A DNA stretch of 64,000 bases from Elusimicrobiales bacterium (GTDB taxonomy: Bacteria; Elusimicrobiota; Elusimicrobia; Elusimicrobiales; UBA9959), in the NCBI GenBank assembly GCA_024681855.1, contig JAILAB010000058.1, positions 982-64,981 on the forward strand, in the 5' to 3' direction. Each line of letters begins with the position of its first letter. Positions within the stretch are counted from its first letter, which is position 1. The notes under the pieces were generated by a model. That model had not been told where the DNA came from. It was given only the letters and a program-made list of their open reading frames with translations, and did no database searches. Both the position numbers and the translations under genes were made by a program. This document shows, one piece after another, positions 19,558 through 28,617 of this stretch.

Positions 19558-20054
19558 AGGGTGAGTTTAAATTTATTTAAAGAACTTAAACTGCAACAAC
19601 ATAAATAGTATAGCAAAAAAAATTTTCTATGTAAATCTTTTGAATGCGCCCGTACATTAATTAATATTGTAATCCTAAATAATGCAATATTCTGAATTAA
19701 GAGCATTATGCCGCGCCATACAGGCAGTGATGCTGCCTTATGCGCATATCGTAAATGCTTAATCCGAAAGAACCGGAAGAAATTGAGCGCATAAGCTGCA
19801 TTTTTTTCAATTACATAATCCCTTTAATGAGTGTCAGAATACATGAGAGATCAAACCGCATATAAATGGAATATTTATGATATATGACCCTATTTGAAGC
19901 GTAGTAAAATTAGTATTGCCTCCGGAGCAGATAAAACGAAAAGTTTTCAGCCCAAAAACAATCAATGTTTTTTATAAACCGTTGCGCTTAACCGTTTAGC
20001 GTGCGTTGTTTTTTAAGCATGGATTTTTTTAGATTATTTTGCTATAATTTTAAT

Positions 20055-20188
20055 AGAAGAAGAAATGTAGTATAAGCGCAAGGTAAAAGCGCATTAACGA
20101 TCCCGGGGCCGGACTGTATTTCCCAAAACCCCCAACCCAAACCCTAAAAAGACGCACAATGCGTCACCAGTCCGGCCCCCCTTTTTTT
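20055..20188 (+). ncRNA. Candidate small RNA or terminated leader with a C-rich loop
   Basis: TG-TATAAT at 20040-20048; 12-bp stem GGGGCCGGACTG (20105-16)/CAGTCCGGCCCC (20168-79) enclosing C-tracts and an inner GACGCA/TGCGTC hairpin, then T7. Confidence 0.45.
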
Positions 20189-20242
20189 CTATAATATACT
20201 GGACGCTCTTTTTCATATATAATGTTTAAGGCGAAAGATATT

Positions 20243-21148
20243 ATGCTCAGATTCCTTTTATTATCCCTTGTATTGTGCCTTGCTGCATGTACTGGCAGCA
20301 AGAAATTTTCTTTTGTTCATGTTGATTTTCCAGATAAATCTCCTTCTGAGCTTGCTTCCGAAAAAAAGTCGGCAAATCCTGAAGAATCTGCGGAATACAT
20401 CGCTGACGAATCTGAACATCCTGAGGATGAGCCTGTAACGCAGTTTGAAGTAGCTGAGGCGGAAAAAGACAGCGATGAAGTTTATTCCATAAGCGAAGGA
20501 TACAGGCCTCATGCCCCGGAACCTCAGAATTTCGGAGGAGATGGCAAAATAACCATATTCCGCAATGGCACAAAGGAGAAAATAACCGTAACTTACAGGA
20601 AAAAAGACGGCACTTATGATCATGATGCTTTGGAGAAGATAAACCATATAATGCGCTGTTATGATGATGACAGCGAAATTGAAATGGCTATAAAACTCAT
20701 TGAGCTGCTTGATGCCGTAGACGATCATTTTGGCAGGAAAGGAATAACTTTACTTAGCGGATACCGGACTCCGGAATATAATAGAAAAATAAATGGTTCT
20801 GCAAAAAACAGCCTGCATTTGCTGGGCTGGGCCGCTGATATAAGGATTCCAGGAGTAAAAGCTTCAAGAATAAGCTCGTATGTTAGAAATAAATATGCCG
20901 GTGGGGTTGGCTATTATCCTTATTTGGGATTCGTGCATATAGATGTTGGAAATGTCCGCTATTGGCAGCAGACAAGAAGACGCGGTAAAGTCAAGCGCAA
21001 AGCGGCTGTAAAACGAAAGGCAGCAAAAAGAAAATCATCAAAAAAATACACTGTCAAGTCTCAGCCGAAGAAATCTGTAAGGAAACAGGCTCGGAAAAGT
21101 TCCGTAAAGTCAAAAAAGACTTCTTCGAGGCAAACTAAAAAAAGGTAA
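20243..21148 (+). CDS. YcbK/DUF882 (peptidase M15A) lipoprotein with Lys/Arg-rich C-terminal tail
   Basis: Lipobox LAAC; LSGYRTPEYN, AKNSLH..GWAADI, GGVGYYP..GFVHIDVG.VRYW. Confidence 0.85.
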   Translation: MLRFLLLSLVLCLAACTGSKKFSFVHVDFPDKSPSELASEKKSANPEESAEYIADESEHPEDEPVTQFEVAEAEKDSDEVYSISEGYRPHAPEPQNFGGDGKITIFRNGTKEKITVTYRKKDGTYDHDALEKINHIMRCYDDDSEIEMAIKLIELLDAVDDHFGRKGITLLSGYRTPEYNRKINGSAKNSLHLLGWAADIRIPGVKASRISSYVRNKYAGGVGYYPYLGFVHIDVGNVRYWQQTRRRGKVKRKAAVKRKAAKRKSSKKYTVKSQPKKSVRKQARKSSVKSKKTSSRQTKKR

Positions 21149-21228
21149 TATGCCGCAAACTGTTTGCTGATATGTGCTGTTGAATAGATTTATATTTGAA
21201 ATTTACGTTTTTTTAGGCTCATTTATAA

Positions 21229-21266
21229 TTAGCAGTCTTGACAAAAGAGTGCTAACAATGTATACT
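21229..21266 (+). promoter_or_regulatory. CIRCE (HrcA operator) overlapping the sigma70 promoter of clpB
   Basis: TTAGCAGTC-N9-GAGTGCTAA (21229-21255; 1 mismatch to TTAGCACTC-N9-GAGTGCTAA); TTGACA 21238-43, 17 nt, TATACT 21261-66. Confidence 0.92.
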
Positions 21267-21318
21267 TTTAATGCAAAGAGAAAAGCCGCATGGCTAATCT
21301 CGGCAAAAGGAGCATAAA

Positions 21319-23910
21319 ATGAGCATAAGAATGGATAAATTTACAGTTAAAGCGCAGGAAGCAATACAAGCCTGCGAAGAGGAAGCTGAACGTTTCGGCA
21401 ATCCTGAAATCCGCCCTGTACATCTTTTCCTTGCTCTTCTTCAGCAGAAAGATGGGCTTGTGCCTGACATAGTTAAAAAACTTGGAGGGGATTTTAATCG
21501 CCTTCTGTCAGATACTGAAAATTTTTGCAAAAGCCTGCCCAAGACACAAGGCGGCGACCGCTATTTTTCCCAGTCTTTGAGAAAAGTTCTTGAACAAGCC
21601 ATTCAGGAAATGGATAAGTTCAAAGATGAATATGCTTCTACTGAGCATCTTTTGCTTGCGGCTGCCGCAGTAGATGGGGATGTGAAAACAATTCTTGGGC
21701 AGAACGGAATGTCCCGTGATTCAATTTTGAAGGCATTGCAGTCAGTGAGAGGGAATCAGCGTGTGACTGATCAGAATCCTGAGGCAAAATATCAGGCTTT
21801 GGATAAATATGCTAGGGATCTCACTGATGCTGCCAGAAAGGGCAAGCTAGATCCAGTGATAGGCCGCGATGAGGAAGTGAAGCGTGTTACTAGGGTGTTG
21901 AGCCGCCGCACTAAAAACAATCCTGTTTTAATTGGCGAGCCTGGCGTGGGAAAAACTGCAATCGCGGAAGGCATAGCCCAAAAGATTGTAAGCGGAGAAG
22001 TTCCGGAAAACCTGCGCAACAAGCGTCTTGTAGCTCTTGACTTGGGTTCCATGCTGGCTGGAGCAAAATTCCGGGGCGAATTTGAAGACCGCCTTAAAGC
22101 CGTATTAAAGGAAATAGAGAAGTCTGATGGCGGAATAATCCTGTTCATAGATGAACTGCATACTCTTGTCGGAGCAGGAGCGGCTGAGGGAGCGATTGAT
22201 GCCTCTAATATGCTGAAGCCTGCTCTTGCCAGAGGCGAATTGCGCTGCATAGGCGCGACTACGCTGAACGAATACAAAAAATACATTGAGAAAGATGCCG
22301 CACTGGAGCGCCGCTTTCAGCAGGTTTATGTTGGAGAACCTACGGTAGAGGATACAATATCAATATTGCGTGGAATTAAGGAAAAATATGAGATACACCA
22401 CAGCGTGCGAATAAAGGATTCCGCAATAATTGCCGCAGCGCGCCTTTCAAACAGATATATCACGGATCGTTTCTTGCCGGATAAAGCCATAGACTTGGTA
22501 GATGAGGCTGCGGCCAGTCTGCGCATAGAGATAGATTCCATGCCTGCGCCTCTTGAAGCCGTTGAGAGAAAGAAAATACAGCTTGAAATAGAAAAACAGG
22601 CTCTAAAAAAAGAAGAAGACCAGGCCAGCAAAGACCGCCTTGCCGCTGTGGAAAAGGAGCTTGGAGAGCTGAAAGAAAAATCCGCAGGCCTGCATTTGCG
22701 CTGGAAAGCAGAAAAAGAAGTAATAGCGGAAATAAAAGCTGTCAAGCAGGAAATGGAAAATCTTCGCCATGAGGAAGAAACGGCCCGCCGTAAAGGAGAT
22801 CTTTCTAAGGCTTCTGAAATACAGTATGGCAAAATACCGGCTCTTAAAAAGAGACTTGATTTAGCTAATGCCAAAATGGATAAGTTTAAGAAAGACGGCG
22901 GGGCTATGCTCAAAGAAGAAGTTGACGAGGAGGACATAGCTAAAATAGTTTCCCGCTGGACAGGCATTCCTGTTTCAAAGATGATGGAAGGCGAAATGGC
23001 GAAGCTGGTTCATATGGAAGACAGCCTCCGTACACGTGTGGTCGGCCAGGATGAGGCTTTGAAACTTGTTGCAAACGCTGTGCGCCGCAGCCGTGCCGGA
23101 ATAGGCGAGGCGGGAAAACCCATAGGCAGTTTCCTGTTTCTTGGGCCTACCGGCGTAGGCAAGACGGAACTTGCGCGTGCTCTTGCATCTTTCCTTTTCA
23201 ATGACGAAAAAGCCATGATTAGGATAGATATGTCAGAATACATGGAAAAGCACAGCGTTGCCCGTCTTATAGGAGCTCCTCCGGGCTATGTGGGTTATGA
23301 TGAAGGCGGTCAGCTTACAGAGCATGTCCGCCGCCGCCCGTATTCCGTCATTCTGTTTGATGAGGTTGAAAAAGCTCACCCGGATGTGTTCAATGTTTTT
23401 CTGCAAGTTCTAGATGATGGCCGCCTTACTGACGGCAAAGGCCGCGTTGTGGACTTTAAGAATACACTGATAATAATGACGTCCAATATCGCTTCCGGTA
23501 TGATACTGGAAAATTCCGGCTCTCCTGAGAAGATAAAGCAGGCTGTTCAGGGCGAACTGCTTAATCACTTCCGACCGGAATTTTTGAACCGCATAGACGA
23601 AACTGTCGTGTTCAATCCTTTGGGCAAAGATGAGATATCAAAGATAATTGATATGCAGTTAGCCCGTCTGCTTAAAGTTCTTGACCAGCGTGGCATAACT
23701 TTAACGCTGGATCAGTCCGCAAAGGATGCGCTGTTTGCCGCAGGGTACGACCCGCAATACGGAGCCCGTCCTATGAAGAGGGCTTTGCAGAGAATGGTTG
23801 AAGACCCGGTTGCCCTTAAAATTCTGGAAGGTGCGATAAAATTCGGCGACACGGTCAAGGCTGCCGCCGGACAGGATGGTCAGCTGGCATTCTACAAGCC
23901 TAAGGCGTAA
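21319..23910 (+). CDS. clpB: ATP-dependent chaperone ClpB
   Basis: Two AAA+ modules ([16 protein letters not shown]), middle coiled coil, [24 protein letters not shown]. Confidence 0.97.
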   Translation: MSIRMDKFTVKAQEAIQACEEEAERFGNPEIRPVHLFLALLQQKDGLVPDIVKKLGGDFNRLLSDTENFCKSLPKTQGGDRYFSQSLRKVLEQAIQEMDKFKDEYASTEHLLLAAAAVDGDVKTILGQNGMSRDSILKALQSVRGNQRVTDQNPEAKYQALDKYARDLTDAARKGKLDPVIGRDEEVKRVTRVLSRRTKNNPVLIGEPGVGKTAIAEGIAQKIVSGEVPENLRNKRLVALDLGSMLAGAKFRGEFEDRLKAVLKEIEKSDGGIILFIDELHTLVGAGAAEGAIDASNMLKPALARGELRCIGATTLNEYKKYIEKDAALERRFQQVYVGEPTVEDTISILRGIKEKYEIHHSVRIKDSAIIAAARLSNRYITDRFLPDKAIDLVDEAAASLRIEIDSMPAPLEAVERKKIQLEIEKQALKKEEDQASKDRLAAVEKELGELKEKSAGLHLRWKAEKEVIAEIKAVKQEMENLRHEEETARRKGDLSKASEIQYGKIPALKKRLDLANAKMDKFKKDGGAMLKEEVDEEDIAKIVSRWTGIPVSKMMEGEMAKLVHMEDSLRTRVVGQDEALKLVANAVRRSRAGIGEAGKPIGSFLFLGPTGVGKTELARALASFLFNDEKAMIRIDMSEYMEKHSVARLIGAPPGYVGYDEGGQLTEHVRRRPYSVILFDEVEKAHPDVFNVFLQVLDDGRLTDGKGRVVDFKNTLIIMTSNIASGMILENSGSPEKIKQAVQGELLNHFRPEFLNRIDETVVFNPLGKDEISKIIDMQLARLLKVLDQRGITLTLDQSAKDALFAAGYDPQYGARPMKRALQRMVEDPVALKILEGAIKFGDTVKAAAGQDGQLAFYKPKA

Positions 23911-23936
23911 ATAGAAAGTAAATTATTAAAGCATAT

Positions 23937-23971
23937 AAAAAGGCATTCCTGTCAGACAGGGGTGCCTTTTT
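23937..23971. terminator. Bidirectional terminator between clpB and the convergent gene
   Basis: aaaaaggcattcctgt-cag-acaggggtgccttttt. Confidence 0.8.
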
Positions 23972-23977
23972 GATATT

Positions 23978-25048
23978 TTATCTGTCTTTGCTCTGCTCTT
24001 CCTCTTTCAATGTTTCTTTTTTCCGGCTTTCTATATAAGCCTTGATGTCTTCGTATTCAAAATTTGGCGGGCTGAAATAATCGGCATATTCTTTTTTTAT
24101 TTTGTCAAAAACATCGTATTTTTCAAATATTTCAATGGCTTTTCTGCCAGAAATTTTTTCTCTTTCCCTAAACATTTCAAGCCCGGAAATGTAATAATCA
24201 TCAGCAAGGGGTAAAATGGAATCAGCATCAGGATAAATGAAACTGCCTGATTTCATTTCGCTTATAAGCATTTCGCCTAATGCCGCGCTGCTGAAACGCC
24301 AGACTTTGTAATATTTGTTTGAAAGAGCTTCGTAAACTCTGGAGCGGTATAGCTTTTTGATTAATTCTTTGCAGGGCAGCCCTGTTTTTGTCGCCGCATA
24401 TTCAATAATGTTATATGCGATTTTTTCCAATGTCAGATAAGAAGGCTCTTCAACGCCGCAAGCGGAAATGTCTCTGTCATGCGGAGGAAATGAACCAGTC
24501 ATCGTTTTCCAGTTTTCATAGGTTTCAGAATCCTTATCATCCGCTTGTTCTTCGTAGACAGGCTGGGCCTGATTATCTTTTATTTTCAAATAAGAAAGTG
24601 ATTTCTGTGTTTTGAAGATTATCTGCCTTGGCCTGGGAATTTCTTTAAAATTATCGTAGTCTGTTTTGCCGTATTTGGAAGATTCCCTTACAATGAAGTT
24701 AAGATAATCTTCCACTGTTGGAGCAAAAGAGTATACAATATCATAATTCCCCTGGCCTTTTCCTGCTCTTGAATCCATTACATAATCTGCCCATGAATTG
24801 TCCGGATGCTCAAATTTTTTTACATTAAGTTCTTCGTCTGCCTTTTCGGACATAAATTCATATACATTGACATATCCTGTCATGTCAAATCTGTATATGC
24901 GTTCTTTTAAAATCATTCTGGCAAATTCAAAGTCATTTGTTGTTGAAAAGCCAAGCCCGCTGTCAGAAAATATGGTCTGAGGCCGTATTTCCGGCTTTTC
25001 TCTTTCCGCAGTTGCTGCCTTGTATACAGTCATGCTCATATCGGGCAT
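23978..25048 (-). CDS. DUF3990-like domain fused to two DUF3791-like helical domains
   Basis: SDSGLGFSTT.D..FA, W.DYV..SR, YDIVY, QIIFKTQKSL (DUF3990 pattern); IIEYAA.KTG...ELIKKLYRS.VY..L and LE.F.EREKISG.KA.EIFEKYDVF..I...Y (DUF3791 pattern). Confidence 0.65.
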   Translation of the reverse strand: MPDMSMTVYKAATAEREKPEIRPQTIFSDSGLGFSTTNDFEFARMILKERIYRFDMTGYVNVYEFMSEKADEELNVKKFEHPDNSWADYVMDSRAGKGQGNYDIVYSFAPTVEDYLNFIVRESSKYGKTDYDNFKEIPRPRQIIFKTQKSLSYLKIKDNQAQPVYEEQADDKDSETYENWKTMTGSFPPHDRDISACGVEEPSYLTLEKIAYNIIEYAATKTGLPCKELIKKLYRSRVYEALSNKYYKVWRFSSAALGEMLISEMKSGSFIYPDADSILPLADDYYISGLEMFREREKISGRKAIEIFEKYDVFDKIKKEYADYFSPPNFEYEDIKAYIESRKKETLKEEEQSKDR

Positions 25049-25150
25049 TATATAAATTATGACGCGTAATGGTAAAAAATGGAAATAATGTACGGCTGTT
25101 ATCCTGATTCCTGTCTGCTAAAAAAGAGTGCTTTTTTATAAAATTTATAT

Positions 25151-25687
25151 ATGTGCAAGGAATTGGAGCTTTTTCTTGTTTTTGCTAAAATAGGCATGTT
25201 CACTTTTGGCGGCGGATATGCAATGATAGCCATGATGGAAGATGAGCTTGCGGTAAGGCGCTCTTTTATCTCTGCCGGTGATTTTCCGGAATTGGTTGCC
25301 GCTTCGCAGGCTTGCCCTGGTTTATTTGCATTGAATATGGCTGTGTTTACAGGAATGCGCATCTCAGGGTTTGCCGGAGCAGTCTTTGCGGCATTGGGAG
25401 CTGTTCTTCCGCCTTTTATATGCATACTGCTTATAGCGGCTTGTTTCCGTTCCTTTAGGGATAATGAGTATGTTAATCGGGTATTAATGGGATTAAGGCC
25501 AGCCGCCGCCGCAATGGTTGCCGTTCCTGTTTTTACGCTGGCGCGCCGTTCTGGGATTAATATCAGAAATGTATGGATTCCAATAGCGGCGGCTATTCTT
25601 GTGTGTCTGGCCGGCATTTCGCCCGTTTACATTGTTATTGCAGCAATCGCCGGCGGCCTTGCAGCAGGAAGGTTAAGAAGAAAATAA
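25151..25687 (+). CDS. Short-chain chromate transporter (CHR family), subunit 1
   Basis: FAKIGMFTFGGGYAMI, SQACPG, GAVLPPF. Confidence 0.9.
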   Translation: MCKELELFLVFAKIGMFTFGGGYAMIAMMEDELAVRRSFISAGDFPELVAASQACPGLFALNMAVFTGMRISGFAGAVFAALGAVLPPFICILLIAACFRSFRDNEYVNRVLMGLRPAAAAMVAVPVFTLARRSGINIRNVWIPIAAAILVCLAGISPVYIVIAAIAGGLAAGRLRRK

Positions 25688-25688
25688 T

Positions 25689-26213
25689 ATGATTTATTTA
25701 AGCCTTTTCCTTGTCTTTTTTAAAATAGGACTTTTTAATTTTGGCGGCGGATATGCGATGATTTCATTCCTGCAGAATGAGACTGTATTGAGTCATGCCT
25801 GGCTTACGGCTTCAGAATTTACGGATATTGTAGCTATAAGCCAGATGACTCCCGGACCGCTTGGCGTTAATCTGGCTACTTATGCCGGCTATGTCGTTTC
25901 CGGCAATATATTGGGTGCTGCTATTGCCACATTTGCTTTATGCCTTCCATCTTTTCTGCTAATGCTTTTTCTTAGCAGCTGGCTTCAGAAGCATCATTCT
26001 TCAAATGCGGTGCAAGATGCTTTTTCAGTTCTTAAGCCTGCTGTCTGCGGTCTTATAGCCGCTGCTGCTATAATGCTGTGCGGCAATGGAAATATACAGG
26101 ACTGGCGCGGAATTCTCATTTTCGCATTATCATTTATTGCCATTATGTTCTTTAAGGCAAAGCCGGCTTTAGTTATGGCTGTTGCAGGAAGCATGGGGCT
26201 TGTTATTTTTTAG
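25689..26213 (+). CDS. Short-chain chromate transporter (CHR family), subunit 2
   Basis: FFKIGLFNFGGGYAMI, AISQMTPGP.GVN.ATY.GY, LPSF. Confidence 0.9.
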   Translation: MIYLSLFLVFFKIGLFNFGGGYAMISFLQNETVLSHAWLTASEFTDIVAISQMTPGPLGVNLATYAGYVVSGNILGAAIATFALCLPSFLLMLFLSSWLQKHHSSNAVQDAFSVLKPAVCGLIAAAAIMLCGNGNIQDWRGILIFALSFIAIMFFKAKPALVMAVAGSMGLVIF

Positions 26214-26237
26214 CGGCAAATAAATTAGGAGCAAACA

Positions 26238-27518
26238 ATGTCTGTTTATAAGTATAAGAATTTGGAAGGCAAAGAATTTGAAGCGGCAAATATGAAGGAT
26301 ATTCTGCTGTGCCTTGATGTGGCTCTTTTTTTCATTTTTCTTTCCGATATAGAGCAAAAAGGTTCTTTTTTCCGCTGGCTTCAGGAAAATTATCCTGAAA
26401 AATGCAAAAAGGTCATGAATCTGATGAGCCTGTCGGACTCAACGCTTAAAGATTTGTTTCCGGCCCTTTTTGGAGAGGAGGAGCTTACAGAGCCTTATGC
26501 TGATGCGCTTATGTCCTTGCTTTATTTTTCCGGCCGGGTTAAAGATATGGATTTCCTTACGCCAGATGCCCTTGCTTTGCTTGTGAAAGCATCTATGGCT
26601 GGCAGCGGCAGCGCGGATTTCTGTCTCGGAATAGCTTGGAGAGATTCTGTTGGCGGAATAAAAAAAGACATGGCAAAAGCTTTTGATTATTTCCAAAGCG
26701 GCATTGCCAGAAATAATGGCCGCTGCATTAATGAGATGGCCTATCATTATATGCTTGGCCAGGGAGTCAAAGTTAATTTTAAGGAAGCGCTCCGTTTGGG
26801 ATACCTTGCCGCAGAACAGAAAATACCTTCCGCATTTGTTCTGCTTGGAACGCTTTATCAGTACGGCAGAGCCGTTCAGCAGGACTATGCCGAGGCCATG
26901 CGCCTTTACAGAGAGGCTGCAAGTCTTGGCAGTACGGATGCATGCAATCGCATAGGCTATCTTTATCAGCTGGGGCTTGGATGCGAGCAGTCTTATGAGG
27001 AAACAATTTCATGGTATAAGCGTTCTGCTGATGCTGGAGATTCGGTAGGGGCAAATAATCTTGCTAATCTTTATCTTAATGGCACTGGAGTAAAAAAAGA
27101 CTTACAGAAGGCAATCAGGTATTATGAAATGGCCGCAGAGCTTGGGCTTGCGGCAGCGCAGGCATCTTTAGGTTCTCTGTATGCTTTTGGAGATGAGCCG
27201 GGACTGGAGAGACAGCCGGATAAAGCTGAAAAGCTGCTGCTTGCCGCAGCGGAACAAGGCGATGCAATGTCTCAGTTCGGACTTGGCATGCTTTACCTTG
27301 AAGATGGCGAAAAACAGGACCGTAATAAAGCTGTTGGCTATCTGGAAAAAGCTGCTGAAACAGGATATGCGGAAGCCCAATTTGTTCTTAGCCAGGAATA
27401 TCTAAATAAAGACAATTCCTTTTATGACCGGGAAAAGGGAATAAAATGGCTGTGCTTAGCTGCAGATAAAGGCTTGGATGAGGCCAGGGAGGCTCTTAAA
27501 AGGCTTGGCGAAGAATAA
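26238..27518 (+). CDS. Sel1-repeat protein with an uncharacterised N-terminal domain, no signal peptide
   Basis: About 8 Sel1 repeats (LG.LY..G.GV..D...A..YY..AA..G). Confidence 0.85.
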   Translation: MSVYKYKNLEGKEFEAANMKDILLCLDVALFFIFLSDIEQKGSFFRWLQENYPEKCKKVMNLMSLSDSTLKDLFPALFGEEELTEPYADALMSLLYFSGRVKDMDFLTPDALALLVKASMAGSGSADFCLGIAWRDSVGGIKKDMAKAFDYFQSGIARNNGRCINEMAYHYMLGQGVKVNFKEALRLGYLAAEQKIPSAFVLLGTLYQYGRAVQQDYAEAMRLYREAASLGSTDACNRIGYLYQLGLGCEQSYEETISWYKRSADAGDSVGANNLANLYLNGTGVKKDLQKAIRYYEMAAELGLAAAQASLGSLYAFGDEPGLERQPDKAEKLLLAAAEQGDAMSQFGLGMLYLEDGEKQDRNKAVGYLEKAAETGYAEAQFVLSQEYLNKDNSFYDREKGIKWLCLAADKGLDEAREALKRLGEE

Positions 27519-27536
27519 ACTGCTTTTTTTGTAATA

Positions 27537-27568
27537 AAAAAAGGCTGCGCTTAATGGCAGCCTTTTTT
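27537..27568. terminator. Bidirectional terminator
   Basis: aaaaaaggctgc-8 nt-gcagcctttttt between convergent genes. Confidence 0.75.
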
Positions 27569-27589
27569 GATTTCCTTGCTTTAAAGGAT

Positions 27590-28036
27590 TTATTTCTTGA
27601 CAGGAGCTTTCGGAGCTTTTGGCGCAGCAGCGGGAGCTCTCTGCGGTATGCCTATGTTGACAGGACCGCAATGTCTTACAAATCCTTCTCCTGTTACTGC
27701 AAGAGCATTCTTGCCGCAGACAAAGAGATTGTTGTAAGTTTTTTCCGGCTGGCTGAAAAAAGCCCTGAGCATAAGATCATCTGTCTTAAGCATGACATTG
27801 CAGATCTGGTCTACTACAATCTGTTCTTTATATTTTAAATTTAGAGACTTGTTCAGCTCTTCAATCTTTGATGCGCATTTGCCATTCTTCACAATAAATT
27901 CTTCCTGCTGGGACAGAATGGTCTTGAAGTCATTGGCAATTGCCTTTGCTTTTTTTGTTTCCTGTGTTTCAGATGGGCACTGGCAGCAAGCGGCAAGACA
28001 AGCCAGGCTGGTAAATATAAGTAATGCTTTCTTCAT
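27590..28036 (-). CDS. Cys-rich lipoprotein with a pilin-like helix
   Basis: Lipobox LAAC (Cys17); KTILSQQEEFIVKNGKCASKIEELNKSL resembles the alpha1-C region of type IV pilins; Pro/Ala/Lys tail. Confidence 0.6.
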   Translation of the reverse strand: MKKALLIFTSLACLAACCQCPSETQETKKAKAIANDFKTILSQQEEFIVKNGKCASKIEELNKSLNLKYKEQIVVDQICNVMLKTDDLMLRAFFSQPEKTYNNLFVCGKNALAVTGEGFVRHCGPVNIGIPQRAPAAAPKAPKAPVKK

Positions 28037-28375
28037 GTTTTGATCCTTCTATAATTCAATAAGTATTCCTAAAAAAACAATCGGAACGTTATTTATTGTA
28101 CAACATTTGCTGCCATATTGTCTTTTTTATAGATTATGGACATAATAGCAGGCAGATTTAATCTTGTTATCTTTGTTCTTCTATGGTTCGCTCTATTTAT
28201 TGTATGCTTGTTTTGCTCAAAAAAAACGCTTTTTTGGCTTTCTTATGCAGTTCAGATATAAACCTTGTTTATACTTAGGAGACCTGACTAAAAATGCTAT
28301 AATTTTATTAATTACAAATACTGCCGGCTGTTGCCATTTTGTCTTGTGGCTTCTCCGGCATTGTATGGAGCAGAT

Positions 28376-28612
28376 ATGGTAACGGATGCATTGATAATAA
28401 CCTGCATAGGAATGGGCTTTGTGTTCATTTTCCTTGGCATACTTGTCTTGGTAATGGGCCTGCTGAGCCGCATAATGCCTGTGCTTAACAGATTTATTCC
28501 TGAGCCTGTAGTGCCAGCAAAGCCTAAACCGGCAATAGCAGCGCAGGCATCAGATGCTGCAATAGCGGCAGCCGTGGCTTTGGCCTGGTATAACAGCGGA
28601 AGGAGCAAGTAA
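28376..28612 (+). CDS. oadG: Na+-translocating oxaloacetate decarboxylase gamma subunit
   Basis: GMGFVFIFLGILV TM segment, Pro/Ala linker, AAIAAAV; SD GGAG before ATG 28376. Confidence 0.85.
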   Translation: MVTDALIITCIGMGFVFIFLGILVLVMGLLSRIMPVLNRFIPEPVVPAKPKPAIAAQASDAAIAAAVALAWYNSGRSK

Positions 28613-28617
28613 ACAGT

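Noticed and set aside
19347-19706. 119-aa minus-strand ORF
   Set aside because: It spans tRNA-Tyr and tRNA-Leu and is spurious
19140-20040. tRNA-linked genomic island or att site
   Set aside because: No integrase and no duplicated tRNA 3' end seen in the window
21792-23243. Long antisense ORFs inside clpB, and similar ones inside oadAB, dnaE, tkt and feoB
   Set aside because: Expected shadow ORFs of GC-richer, codon-biased genes; no motifs or start signals
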